A DNA stretch of 64,000 nucleotides from a virus. The notes beneath the pieces were generated by a model. That model made no database searches, was not told the DNA's origin, and saw only the letters and a list, made by a program, of their open reading frames with translations. The translations under genes were made by a program, and so were the position numbers. The stretch is taken from IMG/VR virus record IMGVR_UViG_3300045988_072631. One strand, 5' to 3'. Shown here one piece after another: positions 1 through 5,403 of the stretch (positions within the stretch are counted from its first letter, which is position 1; every line of letters starts with the position of its first letter).

Positions 1-63
1 TCGCGATAATTTGGCATAACGTTCTCCTTTCATAAGTTTATATAAGTTTAATTCAAAAAACAG

Positions 64-92
64 TTGAAGTCAACTATTGAATATGGTATACT
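64..92 (+). promoter_or_regulatory. sigma70-like promoter upstream of the recombinase (-35 TTGAAG, 17-nt spacer, -10 TATACT)
   Basis: Hexamers read directly; overlaps palindrome GTTGA-AG-TCAAC at 63-74. Confidence 0.4.
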
Positions 93-126
93 TAATTAAA
101 CTTAAATAAACAAAGGAGATAAAACA

Positions 127-699
127 ATGAAAGTAGGATATGTCAGAGTTAGCACAGTAGAGCAGAATGAGGCAAGACAGATAGAAGGGTTACAAAAGTA
201 CGGGATTGATAAATGGTACATTGAGAAAGTCTCCGGAAAAAATACGAACCGTGCGAAACTACAGGAAATGATTTCTGCACTTCAGTCTGGAGATACAGTT
301 TATATACATGATTTTTCTAGGCTTGCCAGATCGACCAGTGATCTTCTGAAAATGGTTGAAGAATTGAATAGTCGTGGTATCCACCTCGTTAGCAACAAAG
401 AAAACATTGACACATCAACACCTACTGGAAAACTGATGCTTACTATGATTGGCGCGATAAATGAATTTGAGAGAACGAACATGCTGGAGCGTCAGAGGGA
501 AGGAATTGCGATTGCTAAGCGTGAGAATAAGTACAAAAACTGCGGCAGGAAGAAAAAAGAGCTTGATGGTGAGTATGAATCCTTGATTCAGAGTTATGTG
601 GACGGAGAAATAAGCAAAGTGCAGTTGGCAGTGATGATGAATGTATCAAGGCCAACATTGAATAGAATTTTGAAAGAATATGGGGGGAAGGAAGAATGA
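127..699 (+). CDS. small serine recombinase (resolvase/invertase family, C-terminal HTH)
   Basis: N-terminal GYVRVSTVEQ catalytic-serine motif, 190 aa Hin/Gin-like size, AAGGAG RBS. Confidence 0.9.
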   Translation: MKVGYVRVSTVEQNEARQIEGLQKYGIDKWYIEKVSGKNTNRAKLQEMISALQSGDTVYIHDFSRLARSTSDLLKMVEELNSRGIHLVSNKENIDTSTPTGKLMLTMIGAINEFERTNMLERQREGIAIAKRENKYKNCGRKKKELDGEYESLIQSYVDGEISKVQLAVMMNVSRPTLNRILKEYGGKEE

Positions 700-1151
700 T
701 TGATTTAACAAACAAATGTTTAGTCACAGAAACTGCGAATGAGAGTGAGCGGCTTCTTCGATTTGCAGTCGCGCAAGGATACGCATTGCCAAAAGGGTTA
801 AAGGTTCTCACTTCGTGGAGAATTTTTAAATTTACAAGCTATCCTTATAAAGCTGTCTCCTGCCCAGATGCCGTACCTGATAGTGCTATTTACTATTCGG
901 AGCTTTTTGGAGATGAAAATGCTGATTTGAAAGATATTATTTTAAGGGCAACTCGTTTTTGCAGATCATATGGATACAACACGTTGAGATTGTATGCTGA
1001 TGAGACGGATGAAAATTATACCGGAAGTGCTTTTTCAAGAACCGTCGATGGAGGCTATTTGAAATCTTCTTGCACCATACCAAAACCAAGAAAAGTAACA
1101 CTGGAAGAAATCGAAAAGCGGTTTGGCTGTCCGATTGAAATTGTTTCATAG
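696..1151 (+). CDS. hypothetical protein
   Basis: ATGA overlap with recombinase stop; no motif recognised. Confidence 0.5.
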   Translation: MIDLTNKCLVTETANESERLLRFAVAQGYALPKGLKVLTSWRIFKFTSYPYKAVSCPDAVPDSAIYYSELFGDENADLKDIILRATRFCRSYGYNTLRLYADETDENYTGSAFSRTVDGGYLKSSCTIPKPRKVTLEEIEKRFGCPIEIVS

Positions 1152-1166
1152 CAGAGGAGTAAAGCA

Positions 1167-1493
1167 ATGACCGGAAGTGAATATCAGAGATTAGCAATGA
1201 GAACAGCGAATCCAGAATGCAGAGTCTTAACGAACGTTGGATTAGGACTTGCAGGAGAAGCCGGTGAGTGTGCAGATATCATAAAAAAGCATATTCACCA
1301 CGGGCATGACTTAGACAAAGAACATCTAAAAAAAGAGTTGGGAGACGTATGTTGGTATATTGCTCTTGGCTGTGAGCTTATTGGATGTTCAATGGATGAG
1401 ATCATGCAGATGAATATAGAAAAATTGAAAGCGCGGTACCAGGATGGATTTGACTGTGAAAAATCAATTCATCGGGTTGCAGGAGATGTGTAA
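1167..1493 (+). CDS. MazG-like nucleotide pyrophosphohydrolase
   Basis: LAGEAGE...KKELGDVCWY all-alpha NTP-PPase motif pattern, about 108 aa. Confidence 0.8.
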   Translation: MTGSEYQRLAMRTANPECRVLTNVGLGLAGEAGECADIIKKHIHHGHDLDKEHLKKELGDVCWYIALGCELIGCSMDEIMQMNIEKLKARYQDGFDCEKSIHRVAGDV

Positions 1494-1840
1494 TGAGTGA
1501 ATTTAATACAGAACAGATTTTGAAAACAGATTACTCACATTCATTTGATGAAAAGCGAAAGGGGCTTGTGATTCAGAGCTATTTCAAATATGGCAAAGCA
1601 AGTAGAAATTTCGCAACCGGAAATGTGGATGCAATTGGAAGTCTTAAAAAGTGTCTTGCAAAATTTGAGGAAACACAGAATCTCGAATACCTGTGTGATG
1701 TTGCAAATTATGCAATGTTCCGGTATATGTTCCCGCAGGAGGGTGATTATTTCCGACATACCGATTCTGACGAGTCAGCAGGCATCGTTGGGATGAGCGT
1801 TAAAGAAATGGAAGAGTTTAAAAAAAATGAAGATTGGTAA
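1493..1840 (+). CDS. hypothetical protein
   Basis: TAATG coupling to MazG stop; no motif recognised. Confidence 0.5.
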   Translation: MSEFNTEQILKTDYSHSFDEKRKGLVIQSYFKYGKASRNFATGNVDAIGSLKKCLAKFEETQNLEYLCDVANYAMFRYMFPQEGDYFRHTDSDESAGIVGMSVKEMEEFKKNEDW

Positions 1841-1988
1841 TAAAGAAATCAACGATGAATGCCAGAACTGCTCGGAAGTACTACAATGCGAACTGTTCCG
1901 GCAGGATCATGGAATTGGCAGACAGCGTGAAAACGTAGCAGAAATGATTATCTGCCAGTTAGAACATCAGGAAAGATGCAAAAAGTGA
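1827..1988 (+). CDS. small Cys-rich hypothetical protein (53 aa, below ORF-track cutoff)
   Basis: ATG at 1827 overlaps previous gene end; open frame MKIGNKEINDECQNC... ends at TGA 1986-1988, 1 nt before tRNA-Gln. Confidence 0.35.
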   Translation: MKIGNKEINDECQNCSEVLQCELFRQDHGIGRQRENVAEMIICQLEHQERCKK

Positions 1989-2060
1989 TGGGCTATTGCC
2001 AAGTGGTTAAGGCACAGGACTTTGACTCCTGTATCCCGGGTTCGAATCCCGGTAGCCTAG
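1989..2060 (+). tRNA. tRNA-Gln (anticodon UUG)
   Basis: Cloverleaf read by eye: acceptor TGGGCTA/TAGCCTA, anticodon arm CAGGA-CTTTGAC-TCCTG, T-arm CCGGG-TTCGAAT-CCCGG. Confidence 0.85.
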
Positions 2061-2331
2061 TTGGGGACTTTGGTATGTCCCCAGAATGGATTTTTTTCCA
2101 TTGTTTGGCTTCTCCTTTCCCCACTAGCGGAAAGCTGATTAAAGAGCCGTCGCAAGGCTCGGTGGGGTTTTAGGTTTTGCTGTGGTAGTTTCCTTGGTGT
2201 GAAGGAGTTCACCAAAAAGAATCACAGCAGGCGGTTTAGTAGATGCGCGGCGCGTTGAAAGATTGTCTTAGTTGGCAGCTACGTAAAAGGCTGTAAAATG
2301 CATATGTCCGTTGCGCAGGCATATGCAATCT

Positions 2332-2403
2332 TGGAACATAGCTCAGTGGTAGAGCTTCCGGCTTATATCCGGAGAGTCCCGGGTTCGATTCCTGGTGTTC
2401 CAA
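2332..2403 (+). tRNA. tRNA-Ile (anticodon UAU)
   Basis: Acceptor TGGAACA/TGTTCCA, D-arm GCTC-AGTGGTA-GAGC, anticodon arm TCCGG-CTTATAT-CCGGA, T-arm CCGGG-TTCGATT-CCTGG. Confidence 0.8.
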
Positions 2404-2447
2404 TTCTGGGGAAGCGGCAACGATTGGTGGTGTGGAAAGGATTGTTT

Positions 2448-2936
2448 ATGGGAAGACTTCAAAAAATATCGGATGAGGATTTTACAAAAGCAGTAAAAGA
2501 AAGCAAATGCGTTCAAGAAGTTCTAGATAAGCTTGGTTATGGTCGTTCTAGTGGTTCTATTGGAAAGTTTATTTCCAAAAGAATTGAAGCATTAAACATA
2601 GACACTAGTCATTTTGATGTGGCACATAAACGATCATCTCATCCAGTATATTCACTTCAAGAAATTTTGGTTGAAAATTCATGTTATGGGAATATTGACC
2701 GCCTAAAGAAAAGAATTTTAAAGGCAAATTTACTGGAATACAAATGTGAAAAATGCGGAAACATCGGAGAATGGCAAGGGGAAAAACTTTCATTGCAATT
2801 GGAACATAAGAATGGAATACATAATGATCATAGGTTGAATAATTTGTGCTTTCTTTGCCCTAATTGTCATTCTCAAACGGACACGTATGCGGGAAAGAAT
2901 AGGGAAAGGCATATCGCTAGTATGCAATTACGGTGA
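2448..2936 (+). CDS. HNH homing endonuclease
   Basis: C-terminal CEKCG...LEHKNG...HNDHRLNNLCFLCPNCH HNH/zinc motif; ATG 2448 with GGAAAGG RBS. The upstream part of track ORF 2298 overlaps tRNA-Ile. Confidence 0.85.
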   Translation: MGRLQKISDEDFTKAVKESKCVQEVLDKLGYGRSSGSIGKFISKRIEALNIDTSHFDVAHKRSSHPVYSLQEILVENSCYGNIDRLKKRILKANLLEYKCEKCGNIGEWQGEKLSLQLEHKNGIHNDHRLNNLCFLCPNCHSQTDTYAGKNRERHIASMQLR

Positions 2937-2957
2937 GGTGCACCAACAATCCGTGAG

Positions 2958-2982
2958 GTAGGTTCGAGTCCTACACTCTGCA
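2958..2982 (+). pseudogene. orphan tRNA 3' fragment (T-arm plus 3' acceptor strand)
   Basis: GTAGG-TTCGAGT-CCTAC followed by ACTCTGC-A; no matching 5' acceptor, D or anticodon arm found nearby. Confidence 0.4.
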
Positions 2983-3043
2983 CTGGTCCAAAGTTAAGAT
3001 GCAAACTTTCTGGAGGACATTAAATAACACAGAAAGATTAGTC

Positions 3044-3127
3044 TGCCGTATGCCCGAGCGGTAAAGGGAGCGGTCTTGAAAATCGTCTGTCAGAAATGAC
3101 TTGTGGGTTCAAATCCTACCGTTGGCG
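3044..3127 (+). tRNA. type-II tRNA-Ser(UGA)-like gene, acceptor stem imperfect (possible pseudogene)
   Basis: TG-CCC-GAGCGGTAAA-GGG D-arm, GCGGT-CTTGAAA-ATCGT anticodon arm, long variable arm GTCA-GAAA-TGAC, T-arm GTGGG-TTCAAAT-CCTAC. The 5' TGCCGTA and 3' CGTTGGC strands do not pair fully. Confidence 0.5.
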
Positions 3128-3365
3128 TTTCTGGTGTCCAGATCATAATTTGCTGAATAGTAAGCCAGGAAAATTCGGCGGCTGAATAGGTAAACGCAGA
3201 ATCTTACACAGTTATCCTTAAGATGTTGCAGGACACTCATTAAACGGCGGAGTACATGACTGGGGTGACAGTGAGCAGTAGGGAACACAACAAACTATCC
3301 TTGTGTAAGATAAACTGTATGACGGGTGCAAATCCCATCCCGAATTTTGAAATGGAGGTATAGCC

Positions 3366-3773
3366 ATGATAAGTGAATTTGTTGAATATGTAAAACAGGC
3401 ATGGAAGAATAAGCCAAATGTCAGCAGTCCATTGAATGCAGACCGTATGAATCATATGGAGGCCGGTATTGAAAATAATTCTAAAAAGATCAAAGAAACC
3501 GTAACGGCAGTAAATGAACTAACTGAGAACATGGATCATGGGAAAATTGTTGTTCGTAATGGCGTAGCAAAAATAACATTTAATCATAAATTCAAAAAAA
3601 TCCCATCAGTTGTGGCTAGTTTGATTGGTAAGGGTACCGATATAATGATGTGTATAAAAATAAGCGATGTATCACTGACAGAAGCCAACGTTACTATCGT
3701 TCGTATTAAAGACGATGGTAGTTCTGGAAAACTAGATTTCGATCATGAAATTTATTGGATAGCACTTGGCTAA
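3366..3773 (+). CDS. small tail-fibre-like protein, currently expressed variant of an invertible gene
   Basis: GGAGG RBS; N-terminus W-x-N-x-P...SPLNADRMNHMEAGI resembles phage fibre N-termini (compare 31208 gene); contains IRL. Confidence 0.7.
   Translation: MISEFVEYVKQAWKNKPNVSSPLNADRMNHMEAGIENNSKKIKETVTAVNELTENMDHGKIVVRNGVAKITFNHKFKKIPSVVASLIGKGTDIMMCIKISDVSLTEANVTIVRIKDDGSSGKLDFDHEIYWIALG
3509..3529 (+). repeat. left inverted repeat (IRL) of the invertible segment, AGTAAATGAACTAACTGAGAA
   Basis: Exact 21-nt reverse complement present at 4067-4087; encodes V-N-E-L-T-E-N in frame. Confidence 0.85.
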
Positions 3774-4066
3774 AATTTTATAAATACAAAACAGAAATCT
3801 CTACCCATTGCGTAGATGAAGCATTAATTCCAAGAGATTTTCCATTATTCCAATTCATCCAAATATCAGCAGTTCCAGCTATTTTATAGTTTTTGGGAGT
3901 GCCACTTTTACTAGAAGCTGCACATGCAATATAGCAAAAATAATCATCGGCATTACCACTGGATATGACATGACCTATAATTAGAGCATTTTGATCATTT
4001 TCAAATTTCACAGTAACCCATGCATCATGAAAATACTGTGAAAGAAATTTTGGTTTTTTATCAAGA
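3530..4066. mobile_element. candidate invertible DNA segment carrying two tail-to-tail alternative C-terminal cassettes
   Basis: Bounded by perfect 21-bp inverted repeats; stop codons of the two cassettes are 4 nt apart (3773/3778); reading phase preserved across both repeats. Confidence 0.6.
3778..4066 (-). other. silent alternative C-terminal cassette (no canonical start codon or RBS at its 5' end)
   Basis: Minus-strand frame open from 4113 to 3781; begins VVNELTENLDKKPK..., sharing VNELTEN with the 3366 gene; no ATG/GTG/TTG between the upstream stop at 4114-4116 and IRR. Confidence 0.6.
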
Positions 4067-4087
4067 TTCTCAGTTAGTTCATTTACT
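4067..4087 (-). repeat. right inverted repeat (IRR) of the invertible segment
   Basis: TTCTCAGTTAGTTCATTTACT is the exact reverse complement of 3509-3529. Confidence 0.85.
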
Positions 4088-4118
4088 ACTGGGAAGGTAT
4101 TTAAGAAAGGAATTTAAA

Positions 4119-4310
4119 ATGTTAAAAAATTTTATTGAATACGTAAAACAAAATTGGCAGAACAGACCTGCCACGGCTACTCCTATTCGCTTCGCTATGA
4201 CAATAGCGCTAATGAATACGGAGAAGGGGCATTTGAGATTAACTACTGCCCTATATGCGGCAGAAAGTTGGTGGATTAATGAAAGTCAATGTTGGAGACA
4301 GCCTGTATGA
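4119..4310 (+). pseudogene. truncated or frame-disrupted paralog of the 3366 gene N-terminus
   Basis: MLKNFIEYVKQNWQNRPATATP parallels MISEFVEYVKQAWKNKPNVSSP, then diverges. A second frame (4154-4279, ...YCPICGRKLVD) ends in TAATG coupling to the next gene. Confidence 0.4.
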
Positions 4311-4512
4311 AATGGGCGACGAGCAGTTTAAGGGAGTTTTGAAGATTGCGAGCAAAGCAATTCCGTTTGGAATTTATGCGATCAGCAAAAAAGGCATTGC
4401 TATTCTTTTGAAAGAGACCTATTCCACCCATGAGGAGTTGAAAAAGGCTGTTTCTGGTTATGCGATGAAAGGATTTAAGGTTTATTATAATGAGCATGGC
4501 AGAAGTAATTGA
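4279..4512 (+). CDS. hypothetical protein (77 aa)
   Basis: ATG 4279 after GGTGGA; in operon orientation. Confidence 0.5.
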   Translation: MKVNVGDSLYEMGDEQFKGVLKIASKAIPFGIYAISKKGIAILLKETYSTHEELKKAVSGYAMKGFKVYYNEHGRSN

Positions 4513-4867
4513 GAGCATAGAAAAAGATATGCGGCGAGATTTGGAGAGCCGAGGCATACCGGAAAGCCAGCAGGAAATGATTGATTGTACGACTTTAGGA
4601 GAAGAGCCAAATTCAAAGCATATTTGCGGAAGAATATCTGGTGGCTATTCATCAAAAGTGCCGTGCATAAGTAAAGATGATTCAATGCCGGAAGAACTCA
4701 GAAGAGGTGTCGAAGAGGCATTGAAAAAAAGGTATTGCTCAACATGCAGGCATTACTTAGAGCGTGACGGAGAATGTTGCAATGCGGTTTCTGACTACTG
4801 CGGTGGATTCAGAGGTTTAGATGATTCATGCGAACATTGGGAGGGATGGGAAAATGGCAAAGTATAG
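4490..4867 (+). CDS. hypothetical Cys-rich protein
   Basis: ORF with CSTCRH...CC...C...C pattern; overlaps neighbours. Confidence 0.5.
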   Translation: MSMAEVIESIEKDMRRDLESRGIPESQQEMIDCTTLGEEPNSKHICGRISGGYSSKVPCISKDDSMPEELRRGVEEALKKRYCSTCRHYLERDGECCNAVSDYCGGFRGLDDSCEHWEGWENGKV

Positions 4868-5150
4868 AAAGAAACCGGTAGTTGTAGAAGCGTTTCAGTA
4901 TGACGGCGATCTGATTTACTCAAATGGTGAATGGTATTGCCCAGACTGGGCTAGAGATGCATTCCAGAATGGAACCATGTATTTTGATTCTCTGGACTGT
5001 GAGGAACCGCCGGTAGAGCTGTTCATTGACACGCTGGAAGGTAAACACCATGTTTCTGTTGGTGATTTTATCATCCGTGGCGTTCATGGTGAACTGTATC
5101 CGTGCAAACCGGATATTTTCGCAAAGACATATGAGCTTGTGGAGGAATGA
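4854..5150 (+). CDS. hypothetical small phage protein
   Basis: ATG 4854 after GGGAGGGATGGG; MAKYRKKPVVVEAFQ N-terminus typical of small conserved phage proteins. Confidence 0.55.
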   Translation: MAKYRKKPVVVEAFQYDGDLIYSNGEWYCPDWARDAFQNGTMYFDSLDCEEPPVELFIDTLEGKHHVSVGDFIIRGVHGELYPCKPDIFAKTYELVEE

Positions 5151-5331
5151 TTTGCTTACTAAATTTAACCGATTTGCTATTTTCCCAAGAATGTGTAGTT
5201 CATGTCATAGATATATATTTCTGGAAAAATATCGTAGAGCAGATGTTTTTCATCATTTTGAAGATGTTCCTAATGGGCATCCGTTTTGGAAAGAAAACAT
5301 TTGCCAGGAATGCATAAAAAAGTATAGTTGA
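5131..5331 (+). CDS. small zinc-ribbon-like protein
   Basis: CSSC...CQEC pairs; start uncertain (5131 or 5191). Confidence 0.4.
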   Translation: MSLWRNDLLTKFNRFAIFPRMCSSCHRYIFLEKYRRADVFHHFEDVPNGHPFWKENICQECIKKYS

Positions 5332-5343
5332 AACAATTACCGA

Positions 5344-5368
5344 CTGAATATTGGTTCAGCCGCTAACC
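5344..5368 (+). promoter_or_regulatory. hairpin-CCGCTAACC-A-run element, copy 1 (upstream of terminase)
   Basis: CTGAA-TATTGG-TTCAG hairpin abutting CCGCTAACC then TAAAAAAA; same architecture at 18448-18474 and 28394-28424. Confidence 0.45.
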
Positions 5369-5403
5369 TAAAAAAATTATAGGCAGAGGTCTTACAAGCA
5401 CCT

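Noticed and set aside
63-74. Shared GTTGA-N2-4-TCAAC palindromes near both recombinase genes (63-74 and 57533-57546) as a common recombination site
   Set aside because: The arms are only 5-6 bp, the spacers differ, and a match of this size is expected by chance in AT-rich DNA.
2298-2447. N-terminal 50 codons of the track ORF 2298-2936
   Set aside because: This part translates straight through tRNA-Ile. The HNH gene is taken to start at ATG 2448, which has its own RBS.
2061-3365. Group I intron carrying the HNH ORF within a split tRNA
   Set aside because: No 5' tRNA half complementary to the orphan 3' fragment (GCAGAGT needed) was found. I could not identify P3-P8 core pairings by eye. This needs a covariance-model scan.
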